DNA from: Bryobacterales bacterium
GTDB taxonomy: Bacteria; Acidobacteriota; Terriglobia; Bryobacterales; UBA6623
Assembly: GCA_963667885.2 (NCBI GenBank)
Contig: CAXWPK010000006.1
Span: 1,127,445 to 1,191,444, forward strand
Reading direction: 5' to 3'
Length of the DNA stretch: 64,000 nt
Positions 43,681 to 52,410 of this stretch are shown here, piece after piece. Position numbers and translations under genes: made by a program. The notes beneath the pieces are model-generated. The model had not been told where the DNA came from. It saw nothing but the letters and a program-made list of their open reading frames with translations, and ran no database searches. How positions within the stretch are numbered: position 1 is the first letter of the stretch; each line of letters starts with the position of its first letter.

Positions 43681-45245
43681 GTGACAGGCCCCGGGGTAAA
43701 TGGAGCCAGTACGTTGTGCAGTCTCCACTGGTCTGCCCATACCTTCTTTCGCCCACTGGCCACTTCGAGCATTAGCTCAAAGAGTTGCCAGCCCACGTTC
43801 TCGATCGTCGTCTCACCGACTGCGATCGGCCCGGCATCGAGGTCGATGAGGTCGTACCAGCGCTCGGCCAGCGGAGTATTGGACGAGACCTTGACTACCG
43901 GTACCATGGCCAGTCCATAGGGGGTGCCTCGGCCGGTCGTGAAGACGTGCATGTTCATGCCTGCCGCCAACTGTTGCGTCCCACAGGTGAAATCGCCTGC
44001 GGGCGTTGCTGCGAAGGTGAGACCCTTTTTGCGGATTCGCTCTCCGTGGCTGATCACGTCGGTCAATTGCATCGTGCCGGACTTGGCCACTGAACCCAAA
44101 GCCTTTTCGACGATGTTCGCCAGCCCGCCCCGCTTGTTGCCGGGGGTGGTGTTGGCGCTACGGTCGGCTTGACCGCGGGCGAGGTAGTCGTCGTACCACT
44201 GCATCTCGCGAACCAGATCGCGAGCGATCTCTTCAGACGCGCAGCGCGGAGTCAGTAGATGCACGGCGTCTCGGATCTCCGTCACCTCCGAGAACATCAC
44301 AGACGCACCCGCTCTTACCAGGAGATCCGCCGCGTACCCAACGGCCGGGTTCGCCGTAACCCCTGACAGGGCATCGCTGCCGCCACACTGCACGCCCACG
44401 ATCAAGTCAGATGCTGGGCACGAGGTGCGACGCCGTTGATCCAGCTCTGCGAGTCGCCGCTCCGCGAAGCGCATGATAGCGTCGACCATCTGGCCGAAAC
44501 CCCGCAACTCCTCGTCTTGCAGGCGGATCACATATGACTGAGGTTCGAGTACCGCCGGCAGTTCGCCGCTGGCACTTGCGAGGGTGGCGGCTGGCAAGAG
44601 ACGCTCGGGTTGCATCTTCTCGCAACCCAGGCTGACGATCAGCGGTTCGCCACCGAGGTTCGGGTGGCGTGCTATGTTGCCCAAGCTACGGATAGGGATC
44701 TCCGCATCGGGAGCGTCGATCGCCACGCCGCAACCGTAGGCGTGGGATACGGAGACGACGTCATCGACATGGGTGAAGCGCGGCAGTAGTTCTTCTTTGA
44801 TCCGACGGATCGCGTGCTCGACTGTCGGGGCTACGCACTGCACCGTGGTCGCGATCCCTAAGATATTCTTCGTACCGACCGAACCGTTCGGATTGCGATA
44901 TCCCTCGAACGTGTAGCCGTCTAGTGGCTCAGGGGCTGGCGGAATCTGAGTCGCCAACTCAAGCGAGTCGAGCGGAGGTGCTGTAGGCATCCTCACCAGA
45001 TCCTCGCGCACCCAGGACCCGGCGTCGATGTCCTGATTGGCGTAGCCGATAATGGCCCCGTACCGCAGAATGGGTTCGCCGGAGAGAATGTCAACCAGGG
45101 CGAGCTTATTGACGTGGGGCACGGCTTCTTTGAGCCGGAGTCCGCTATCGAAGACCGCGCCTGCCGGAAGACCGTCTGGATTAACGATAATGGCGACGTT
45201 GTCCTCGGGGCGGACCTGAACGTAATGCGGTTTCACGGCGACCAT
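43677..45245 (-). CDS. UxaA family hydro-lyase (altronate/galactarate dehydratase-like)
   Basis: 522 aa. The N-terminus is SAF-like ([13 protein letters not shown]), and the large C-terminal domain contains GCEKMQP and FTTGRGTP. Confidence 0.75.
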   Translation of the reverse strand: MVAVKPHYVQVRPEDNVAIIVNPDGLPAGAVFDSGLRLKEAVPHVNKLALVDILSGEPILRYGAIIGYANQDIDAGSWVREDLVRMPTAPPLDSLELATQIPPAPEPLDGYTFEGYRNPNGSVGTKNILGIATTVQCVAPTVEHAIRRIKEELLPRFTHVDDVVSVSHAYGCGVAIDAPDAEIPIRSLGNIARHPNLGGEPLIVSLGCEKMQPERLLPAATLASASGELPAVLEPQSYVIRLQDEELRGFGQMVDAIMRFAERRLAELDQRRRTSCPASDLIVGVQCGGSDALSGVTANPAVGYAADLLVRAGASVMFSEVTEIRDAVHLLTPRCASEEIARDLVREMQWYDDYLARGQADRSANTTPGNKRGGLANIVEKALGSVAKSGTMQLTDVISHGERIRKKGLTFAATPAGDFTCGTQQLAAGMNMHVFTTGRGTPYGLAMVPVVKVSSNTPLAERWYDLIDLDAGPIAVGETTIENVGWQLFELMLEVASGRKKVWADQWRLHNVLAPFTPGPVT

Positions 45246-45860
45246 CTCAGCTTAGCGGACCCTCTGTGGCTCGTTTCTGTCATTGCGGTGGCGTCTTTGG
45301 TCGGCGCTTGCGATATTCCGGTCTCTGAGGTGCCGCTGTCGCCTCCCGTGGAGCGAGACGGCCCGCTAGTCGAGATTGCTCGGTTCGATAATGCCGGGCA
45401 GTGTATCGAGACCGTGGAGACCCCGAGCGTGATCCGCAACGAATCGGCCTGGCGCAACCATTTGAATCCGTTGGCCTTCCGCGTTTTGCGTGAAGGTGAG
45501 ACTGAGTTTGCCTATGGCGGGCAGTACGACAGCCACTATGAGCTGGGCATCTACCGCTGCGCGGGCTGCAACGAGGCGTTGTTCGATGGCGCTACGAAGT
45601 ACGACTCAGAGACGGGTTGGCCCAGCTTCTGGGCTCCAATCGCCAAAGAGAACGTCTACTCGGAGTTCGACGACTCTTGGGGCGTGCGCAGACTCAAGGT
45701 GCGCTGTAGCCGTTGTGGGGGGCAGCTGGGTCATATTTTCAAGGATGGTCCGGCCCCAACTTATTTGCGCTACTGCATTAACTCGACTGCACTCTCATTT
45801 GTCTCTGCCCCTGTACAGACCGGGCGGAAGGGTAACAGGTTAGACCGGGCGGATAGGTAA
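45225..45860 (+). CDS. msrB: peptide-methionine (R)-S-oxide reductase MsrB with a lipoprotein-type leader; the native 3' end is replaced by IS-encoded codons
   Basis: Contains [29 protein letters not shown] and RYCINS. The leader is ..[11 protein letters not shown]. From 45812 the last 15 codons ([15 protein letters not shown]) are IS sequence. The start is uncertain and overlaps the uxaA start divergently. Confidence 0.75.
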   Translation: MRFHGDHLSLADPLWLVSVIAVASLVGACDIPVSEVPLSPPVERDGPLVEIARFDNAGQCIETVETPSVIRNESAWRNHLNPLAFRVLREGETEFAYGGQYDSHYELGIYRCAGCNEALFDGATKYDSETGWPSFWAPIAKENVYSEFDDSWGVRRLKVRCSRCGGQLGHIFKDGPAPTYLRYCINSTALSFVSAPVQTGRKGNRLDRADR

Positions 45861-45864
45861 CACC
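45812..45864 (+). repeat. left terminal region of the IS with two 20-nt subterminal repeats
   Basis: GACCGGGCGGAAGGGTAACA lies at 45818-45837 and GACCGGGCGGATAGGTAACA at 45843-45862, with 25-nt spacing between starts. Confidence 0.85.
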
Positions 45865-45872
45865 ATGGCGAG

Positions 45873-47066
45873 ATGCCATGGAAGGAGACCTATCCGATGG
45901 AAGAACGCAAGAGATTCATTGAAGACTGGCTGCGAGCGGGGGCGGCGACGAACGTGGCGGCGCTGTGTCGACTCTACGGGATCAGCCGCAGGACCGGATA
46001 CAAGTGGTTAGAACGCTTCCGTCAAGGCGGTTGGCCAGAGCTGGAAGACCGCTCGCACGCGGCACACCGTCAGCCCGGTCGGATACCCGAGTCGGTCGAG
46101 CGACGAGTGATAGAAGCGCGTCGGCAGCATCCGAGTTGGGGGCCGAAGAAGCTCAGGGCCTGGCTGGAGTCGAAAGAGTCACAGACAAGCTGGCCAGCGG
46201 CGTCGACGATCGGCGACGCGCTGAAGCGAGCCGGACTCGTTCGCGGGCGCAAGCGGATGCGGCGACTGGCCGAAGCGGCACCCAGTCCGTTGCGCGAACC
46301 CGAAGCGCCCAACGACCTCTGGACGATCGACTACAAGGGGCAGTTTCGCACCGGCGACGGCGTGCTGTGTTATCCGCTAACGGTCGTCGACGGATATAGT
46401 CGTTTCCTGCTCAACTGCACCGCACACGTGGGCACATCCTACGCCGAGGCCCGCCGAGGCTTGGAGCGGTTGTTTCTGGAGCGCGGGCTGCCACGAAGGA
46501 TACGCTCAGACAACGGTTCGCCGTTCGCCTCCATCGGCACCGGACGCTTGAGCCGGTTGAACGTCTGGTGGCTGAAGCTGGGCATTGCGGTGGAGCGCAT
46601 CGAGCCGGGCAAGCCGCAGCAGAACGGTCGCCACGAGCGGCTACACCGCACGCTCAAAGCCGAGACAGTGAGACCTCCGGCTGGCGATCGTCGCCGACAG
46701 CAGCGCCGCTTCGACCTCTTTCGTCATGAATACAACCAAGAACGTCCGCATGAAGCGTTGAGACAGCGGCCCCCGGCGGCGTTCTATGCACCAGCAACAC
46801 GCGCCTATCCCAGCGAGCTTGCTGATCTGGATTACCCGGGGCACTGGGAGCGCCGACGAGTGCGCCACGACGGACGCATCAAGTTCCTCGGCGAGAAGTA
46901 CTTCCTGAGTGAAGCGTTGGCTCGCGAGTTGGTCGGGCTAGTCGAAGTGGACGAAGCCATTTGGCAGATCTGGTTCGGTCCGGTGGAACTCGCCTTGTTC
47001 GACGCCGCCAACCGCGTACTGTGGCCGCTCGGCTCGGCAGTCAGTGGCCCCCGCGGGGGCCACTGA
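45873..47066 (+). CDS. IS481-family DDE transposase
   Basis: The 397-aa product is identical to that of copy 1. Confidence 0.9.
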   Translation: MPWKETYPMEERKRFIEDWLRAGAATNVAALCRLYGISRRTGYKWLERFRQGGWPELEDRSHAAHRQPGRIPESVERRVIEARRQHPSWGPKKLRAWLESKESQTSWPAASTIGDALKRAGLVRGRKRMRRLAEAAPSPLREPEAPNDLWTIDYKGQFRTGDGVLCYPLTVVDGYSRFLLNCTAHVGTSYAEARRGLERLFLERGLPRRIRSDNGSPFASIGTGRLSRLNVWWLKLGIAVERIEPGKPQQNGRHERLHRTLKAETVRPPAGDRRRQQRRFDLFRHEYNQERPHEALRQRPPAAFYAPATRAYPSELADLDYPGHWERRRVRHDGRIKFLGEKYFLSEALARELVGLVEVDEAIWQIWFGPVELALFDAANRVLWPLGSAVSGPRGGH

Positions 47067-47067
47067 C
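47040..47067. repeat. perfect 28-bp GC-rich palindrome at the 3' end of the transposase ORF
   Basis: GTCAGTGGCCCCCG|CGGGGGCCACTGAC includes the transposase stop codon. The same palindrome occurs at 7949-7976 and 10911-10938 in the other copies. Confidence 0.9.
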
Positions 47068-47077
47068 CACCGCCTAT

Positions 47078-47129
47078 ACTGTTACCCATCCGTCCGGTTT
47101 AGAGTGTTACCTATCAGACCGGTCGTTCA
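47078..47129 (+). repeat. right terminal region of the IS with two inverted copies of the same 20-nt repeat
   Basis: The reverse complement of 47105-47124 is GACCGGTCTGATAGGTAACA. The reverse complement of 47080-47099 is AACCGGACGGATGGGTAACA. Spacing is 25 nt again. Confidence 0.85.
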
Positions 47130-47310
47130 CCCCCTCCCTCTAGCCCTGTTGAAACGGCGTGTTAAGGCAGAAACTATAGGGTCTTAGGGGCATTCTCTCG
47201 TACTCGATTTGTTGGTCAAAGTCTACTCTCATAACCGAGGAGAAGACCGTCTTGGACACGTCTGGAGCTAATGACTCTGCGATAGTCGCCCAGCGGCGCT
47301 GACAACAACC

Positions 47311-48015
47311 GTGGTCATCAACAAGAAACTGCTCATTGTGGCGGGCGTCGCTCTGGCGGCGGCCATCGTCACAACCGTATTTTTTAGCGCTGTACTGTCG
47401 GATCAGTTCCGTACGCCTGAAGAGCCTCCACAAGTTGTGGTGGCCACCGCTGCTAGGGACTTGCCACGTGGAACCCGGCTTGCAGCCGAAGACGTGGAAC
47501 TCACCAACGTCCACGCTTCCCAGGTGCCGTTTGGAGCCGTTGGATCGGTTGAGGGGCTCGAAGGCCGATTCCTTGTGCAGTCGGTACGGGCTAGTTCTCC
47601 AATCACTGAGTCACATTTTCCTTCCAGCGAATCAGGTGGCATGGCCGCAACGATCCCTCCCGGCATGCGAGCAGTCTCGCTACACGTCGAAGAGTATGCT
47701 GGCGTGACGGAAATCGTCGAGCCAGGAGATCGGGTCGATATTCTCATGGCGAGTGATCGCCGGGCACCCGGACGGTCGGGCATCGAGGTGACGACAATCC
47801 TCGAGAATATCGAGGTCATCGACACCGGTCGTCGTGCTAGCCAGCCGGGCCGACAAGCTCCTTTGCCGGTTGTCACCGTTATCGTGGATTCAGAGCACTC
47901 CCGGGCACTGAGTCTGGCTGACCAATCAGGTGCGATTCGGCTTGCCCTTCGCAATCCGACCGACGGCAACATTTCCATTCAGGCTTCTGGACCGGCCGTT
48001 GTAGCAGCCCAATAG
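47311..48015 (+). CDS. cpaB: Flp pilus assembly protein CpaB/RcpC-like
   Basis: GTG start. It has an N-terminal TM helix (LLIVAGVALAAAIVTTVFF), a SAF-like region (ATAARDLPRGTRLAAEDV) and a CpaB-type C-terminus. Confidence 0.75.
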   Translation: MVINKKLLIVAGVALAAAIVTTVFFSAVLSDQFRTPEEPPQVVVATAARDLPRGTRLAAEDVELTNVHASQVPFGAVGSVEGLEGRFLVQSVRASSPITESHFPSSESGGMAATIPPGMRAVSLHVEEYAGVTEIVEPGDRVDILMASDRRAPGRSGIEVTTILENIEVIDTGRRASQPGRQAPLPVVTVIVDSEHSRALSLADQSGAIRLALRNPTDGNISIQASGPAVVAAQ

Positions 48016-48025
48016 GAGCGTCGTT

Positions 48026-49363
48026 GTGGACGACCAAACCCAAACCGCCTCGACCGCTAGCTCTGCCTCGAATCGGGACGACGGCTGGCGCTACCTGGAA
48101 CTCAAGCACACACTTCACGGCAAGCTTCTCGAACGGATCAACCTAGACCGACTGGCTGAGATTGATGCCCCTCGCGTCCGGAAAGAGGTGAGGGCCGCGG
48201 TTGCCGCCCTCGTCGCTGAAGAAGCACCGCAGATGCAAGGTGATGAGCGAGAGAGTCTCATCGACCAAATTCTCAACGAGGTTTTTGGGCTGGGTCCCCT
48301 CGATCCGCTGATGCAGGATGACACGGTCTCGGACATCCTCGTGACCACCTCGGACTTGGTTCATGTCGAACGCTTCGGCAAGCTCAAGAAAACCGGTGTG
48401 CGGTTCAAAGACGCCGCTCATCTCACGCGCATCATCCAGAAGATTGTCGGCCAAGCAGGACGGCGAATCGACGAGTCGTCTCCGATGGTCGACTGCCGAC
48501 TACCGGATGGTTCTCGCGTCAACGCCGTGATTCCGCCAGTTGCCTTCGAGGGTCCACTGCTATCGATCCGCAAGTTCTCGAAGGATCCGATGACTGCGGA
48601 TGAGCTGGTCGAAAAAGGCACGCTGAGCGAAGAAATGCGGGAGTACCTGCACCGCGCCGTTAAGGGCCGCCGCAACATTCTCATCTCGGGTGGTACCGGG
48701 TCGGGTAAGACCACGCTGCTCAACGTGTTGTCGGCGTCTATCGGGGCGGATGAGCGCATCGTCACGATCGAGGACACAGCCGAGCTGCAGTTGCGTCAAG
48801 AGCACGTTGCCAAGATGGAGACGCGCCCCCCCAACATTGAAGGCCATGGCGCGATCCGCGAACGGCACCTCGTCATCAACGCATTACGCATGCGGCCAGA
48901 CAGAATCATTCTCGGTGAGGTGCGAGGCGAAGAAGCGTTAGACATGCTCCAGGCGATGAACACTGGCCACGACGGCTCGCTTGCCACGATACACGCCAAT
49001 AGTTGCTCGGATGCCGTTAACCGGCTTGAAATGATGGCCGGGTCAGCGAACGCGAATATCTCCAACTCTTCGCTCAAACAGCAGATCGCGTCCGCCATCC
49101 ATGTGCATGTTCAGGTGGCTCGGCTGAGCGACGGTACTCGCAAGATCATAGAGATTGCGGAGTCGAGAGGACTAGGTAGGAACAGCGCGGCCGACCTCAA
49201 GACGCGATTCGTTTTCGAGAGGACCAACGTTTCTGATGAAGGGGAAGTCGCGGGTCGCTTCGTCGCCGTCGCTGAGGAACACGAGGCCGTACCTCGTATT
49301 GAGCCGATCGCCGATCAGACCTCGGTCGAATCTGAGCGTTCTGCCGTGGACGTCGCATCCTAA
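48026..49363 (+). CDS. cpaF: CpaF/TadA family secretion ATPase
   Basis: Has Walker A ISGGTGSGKTTLLN, TIEDTAEL, Walker B RPDRIILGEVRG and GHDGSLATIHAN. AGGAG lies upstream of the GTG at 48026. Confidence 0.9.
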   Translation: MDDQTQTASTASSASNRDDGWRYLELKHTLHGKLLERINLDRLAEIDAPRVRKEVRAAVAALVAEEAPQMQGDERESLIDQILNEVFGLGPLDPLMQDDTVSDILVTTSDLVHVERFGKLKKTGVRFKDAAHLTRIIQKIVGQAGRRIDESSPMVDCRLPDGSRVNAVIPPVAFEGPLLSIRKFSKDPMTADELVEKGTLSEEMREYLHRAVKGRRNILISGGTGSGKTTLLNVLSASIGADERIVTIEDTAELQLRQEHVAKMETRPPNIEGHGAIRERHLVINALRMRPDRIILGEVRGEEALDMLQAMNTGHDGSLATIHANSCSDAVNRLEMMAGSANANISNSSLKQQIASAIHVHVQVARLSDGTRKIIEIAESRGLGRNSAADLKTRFVFERTNVSDEGEVAGRFVAVAEEHEAVPRIEPIADQTSVESERSAVDVAS

Positions 49364-49366
49364 ATC

Positions 49367-50293
49367 ATGGCTGAGATCTACACCATCATCTTCGCCGTGA
49401 CCTTCATCGCGGTTGGCCTAGCCACCGGTCTCGCTTGGGCCTTCGTTGAGACGCCGCGGGACATCGACGACGATGAGCCTGACTTGCTCCGACAAGACAA
49501 GCTGAGCGCAGTCGACACTCTGGCTCACTTACTGGCACGTATGCGGTTCGCCAAAGCGATCAAGCAATTGCTGTCGGAGGCCGAGCTGGACTGGTCGGTT
49601 GGGCGATTCCTGCTCCAGATGCTGGTCGCTGGATCGCTCGGTGGTGCGGTGCTCATCCCGCTCGGATGGGTCCCTTGGTTCGGTACCTTGGCAGTGGCTT
49701 GTGCCTTAGCTGCCTTGCCGCTGCTTTATGTGCGGCGGCTGCGAACGAAGAGACTCCGTCAGGTGGAAGATCAACTTCCTGATGCCTTGGAGTTTCTGTC
49801 CCGGGCGCTGGTTGCTGGCCACTCGCTGCCGATGGCGTTGGAGCTGTTGGGCGAAGAGGCAGCGGCTCCGATTTCGACAGAGGTTCGTAAGACCGTCGAC
49901 GAGTACAATCTCGGTCTTTCGATGGAAAAGTCCTTGGCGAATTTGGCGGACCGGATTCCTAGCGTGGACATCCAGTTCTTTGTCTCGGCCGTCACCTCGC
50001 AATCGCGGACAGGCGGAAGCCTACACGAACTGCTCGATAGCTTGGCTGAGACGATTCGAGACCGCGAGACGCTACGCGGTCAGGTTCGGGCTCTAACCGC
50101 GAACGGTCGCATTACGGCGATCATTCTGACCTGCCTACCGTTCTTCATTGCTGGCATGATGCTGATTGTGAACTCGGAGTACCTAGACATCCTGACGACC
50201 CACCCTGTCGGGCGCATGTTGATCTTGGCTGGGATCTGCGGACAGGGCCTCGCCTTCTTCGTCATCAACCGAATCGTGGACATCAAGGTCTGA
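49367..50293 (+). CDS. tadB: type II secretion system F family protein (TadB-like)
   Basis: 308 aa with a TM-cytoplasmic T2SSF domain-TM layout (..LPDALEFLSRALVAGHSLPMAL..). It directly follows cpaF. Confidence 0.8.
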   Translation: MAEIYTIIFAVTFIAVGLATGLAWAFVETPRDIDDDEPDLLRQDKLSAVDTLAHLLARMRFAKAIKQLLSEAELDWSVGRFLLQMLVAGSLGGAVLIPLGWVPWFGTLAVACALAALPLLYVRRLRTKRLRQVEDQLPDALEFLSRALVAGHSLPMALELLGEEAAAPISTEVRKTVDEYNLGLSMEKSLANLADRIPSVDIQFFVSAVTSQSRTGGSLHELLDSLAETIRDRETLRGQVRALTANGRITAIILTCLPFFIAGMMLIVNSEYLDILTTHPVGRMLILAGICGQGLAFFVINRIVDIKV

Positions 50294-50297
50294 CGAA

Positions 50298-51224
50298 ATG
50301 GGTGAACCGATCTCCGCTGTAGTCTTTCTGGCGTCTCTAGCGCTCTACGGATACGTGGGCTACTGGTTCTGGGCTCGGAATTCAGCAGTTGCGACCACCG
50401 GCGAGATTGTGTCAGGAGTTCCTGGCGATGAAGAGCTGACCGATCGTCCCGCGTTGCCTGCCTTGCTGAACACGCTTGCGGACCTTGGGCAGAATGCGGC
50501 TGCGAACGACACCAATAGCTCTTCGCTGCGGCGCCGGTTGGATCGCGCCGGGTTCCGGCAGTCGTGGGCTCCCCAGATCTATCACGGGGCCAAGTTGGCT
50601 GTACTCGTCGGTTTGCCCCTCTTGACGTTCGTGTTGATTGCCTTTGCATCTGGTTCGGCCACGACCGCGATTCCAGCGACGGCATTCGGCGCTTACCTCG
50701 GACTGATAGGCCCGGATCGCTACCTCAAGTACCGCGCACGTCGCCGAACCGAGCTGATTCGGCGCAGCCTTCCAGACTTCCTGGATCTGCTCGTTGTGTC
50801 GGTCGAAAGTGGACTCTCCCTGGATCAGGCCGTGGCGGATACCGCTCGCGACCTGCGCCGCGCACACCCGGAGCTCAGTGAAGAGTTGGCGATCTTTAGC
50901 CACGAGGTTCGGGCCGGCGCGACCCGCGCCCAGGCACTGCGGAACCTAGGGAAGCGTACCGGCGACGAAGAGATGCGAAAGCTGACGTCGATCCTCATCC
51001 AAGCGGACCGTTTCGGCAGCAGTGTTTCGAAGGTACTGCGCAACCAGGCACGCTACATGCGCATTAAGAGGCGTCAGCGGGCGGAGGAGTCCGCCCACAA
51101 GGTCGGCGTGAAGCTTATCTTCCCAATCTTCTTCTTGATCATGCCTTCCGTGTTTCTGGTCACAGCTGGACCGGCGATCATCATGCTGACGGAAAACTTC
51201 AGCCGCATGATCGCTGAAATGTAA
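50298..51224 (+). CDS. tadC: type II secretion system F family protein (TadC-like)
   Basis: 308 aa with a T2SSF domain (..LPDFLDLLVVSVESGLSLDQAV..). It is the second paralogue after tadB. Confidence 0.8.
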   Translation: MGEPISAVVFLASLALYGYVGYWFWARNSAVATTGEIVSGVPGDEELTDRPALPALLNTLADLGQNAAANDTNSSSLRRRLDRAGFRQSWAPQIYHGAKLAVLVGLPLLTFVLIAFASGSATTAIPATAFGAYLGLIGPDRYLKYRARRRTELIRRSLPDFLDLLVVSVESGLSLDQAVADTARDLRRAHPELSEELAIFSHEVRAGATRAQALRNLGKRTGDEEMRKLTSILIQADRFGSSVSKVLRNQARYMRIKRRQRAEESAHKVGVKLIFPIFFLIMPSVFLVTAGPAIIMLTENFSRMIAEM

Positions 51225-51242
51225 GGAGGGCGTCACGAGCCC

Positions 51243-52190
51243 TCAATCGTTCAGATGCTCGTAGCCCCCAGGCTCTAGCCGTTCGGTTCGTCCCGCGCGG
51301 AGCAGGCTGACTCCCCTACCGCTCACCGCTTCGCCGATTCGCGTCAAGCGGACTCCGTCAAAGTGATCGGGGATCACGACCGAAGTGGGAGCGGTGAAGA
51401 GTAATTCGTATTCCTCACCGCTGTGAAGCACCTGGCTTTCCGTGGCTTCGGCGAACCGAGGCAGAGCTTCGAGATCGACGTGCATCGCGACGCCGCTTGC
51501 TGCCGCCATCCGATGGAGGTCCGTCGAGAGCCCATCGGAAATATCGAGTGCAGCGGAAGCTCCGCCCTCTCGCAAAAACGTTCCCAGTGCCAGTCGGGGA
51601 GTTGGCCAAAGGTGATTCGCGACGGCCGGGTCCGTCAGCGGGCTCGATGGCAGCCGCTCAAGGCCCAGCGCCGAGCCACCCAGCTCCCCTGAGACGTAGA
51701 GGATGTCACCGACACTCGCTCCGCTGCGGAGGAGTGCCTGTCCGGCCGGGACGGCTCCCACCGCTACGATGTGGGCCAAGAACGAGTCCGCGCCAGAGAC
51801 ATCGCCTCCAGCCAAGGGCAGACTGGGCACACCAAAATTTTCTCTTGCCACCAGGAGGCCTTCAACAAAGCTTTTGATCCACGTGTCGTTGATTCTGCTG
51901 GGGATCGCGAGAGACAGCAGAAACCAGTTTGGGACTCCCCCCATGGCGGCGATGTCGCTGAGACCCCGGGCGAGGAGTTTATGTCCGAGCGCCTCCGGCG
52001 GATGTTGACCCAGGACGAAGTGTTTGTTTTCAACCACTTGGTCCGTCGTGGCTAAGAGTTCGTGTGCCGCGCGCGGCGCATGGAGTACCGCCGCGTCGTC
52101 ACCGATCCCGGCGATGAGGTTTGGCGAGTCACCATCATCCGCCAGCCTCTTGATGAGCTTGATCAGTTGGGTCTCGCTTCGGGTCGACAT
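51243..52190 (-). CDS. thiL: thiamine-monophosphate kinase
   Basis: Contains AGIGDDAAVL and LLATTDQVVENKHF. The layout is AIR-synthase-related, 315 aa. Confidence 0.85.
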   Translation of the reverse strand: MSTRSETQLIKLIKRLADDGDSPNLIAGIGDDAAVLHAPRAAHELLATTDQVVENKHFVLGQHPPEALGHKLLARGLSDIAAMGGVPNWFLLSLAIPSRINDTWIKSFVEGLLVARENFGVPSLPLAGGDVSGADSFLAHIVAVGAVPAGQALLRSGASVGDILYVSGELGGSALGLERLPSSPLTDPAVANHLWPTPRLALGTFLREGGASAALDISDGLSTDLHRMAAASGVAMHVDLEALPRFAEATESQVLHSGEEYELLFTAPTSVVIPDHFDGVRLTRIGEAVSGRGVSLLRAGRTERLEPGGYEHLND

Positions 52191-52410
52191 CTCGAACGAT
52201 CAGTGTAGGGTAGAATCTTATTGACAGTCCCGATTCGGGACTGTTATCTTCTCGTAATCTCATCGCGCTATCCGAACGACGGTTCGGCGAGTCGAAATGG
52301 GTACAAATTGGCCGTAGAGCCAAGACGGGTAGAGAAGAGGTCGAACTAACGGCCCGCCGACAGAACAGTTAGCTGGTGAGTCATTCGGATCCACCCCCAT
52401 CGGGACGAGA

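Larger units (their letters stand above)
45812..47129 (+). mobile_element. IS481-like insertion sequence, copy 3 (1318 bp), inserted at the 3' end of msrB
   Basis: The ends and all translated frames shown in the ORF track match copy 1. It is flanked by C-runs consistent with a 3-4 bp duplication (CCC/CCCC). Confidence 0.9.

Noticed and set aside
47140-47514. 124-aa minus-strand ORF next to the IS right end.
   Set aside because: It overlaps the N-terminal TM helix region of the well-supported cpaB gene. It also has an odd, Cys/Arg/His-rich composition and is likely spurious.
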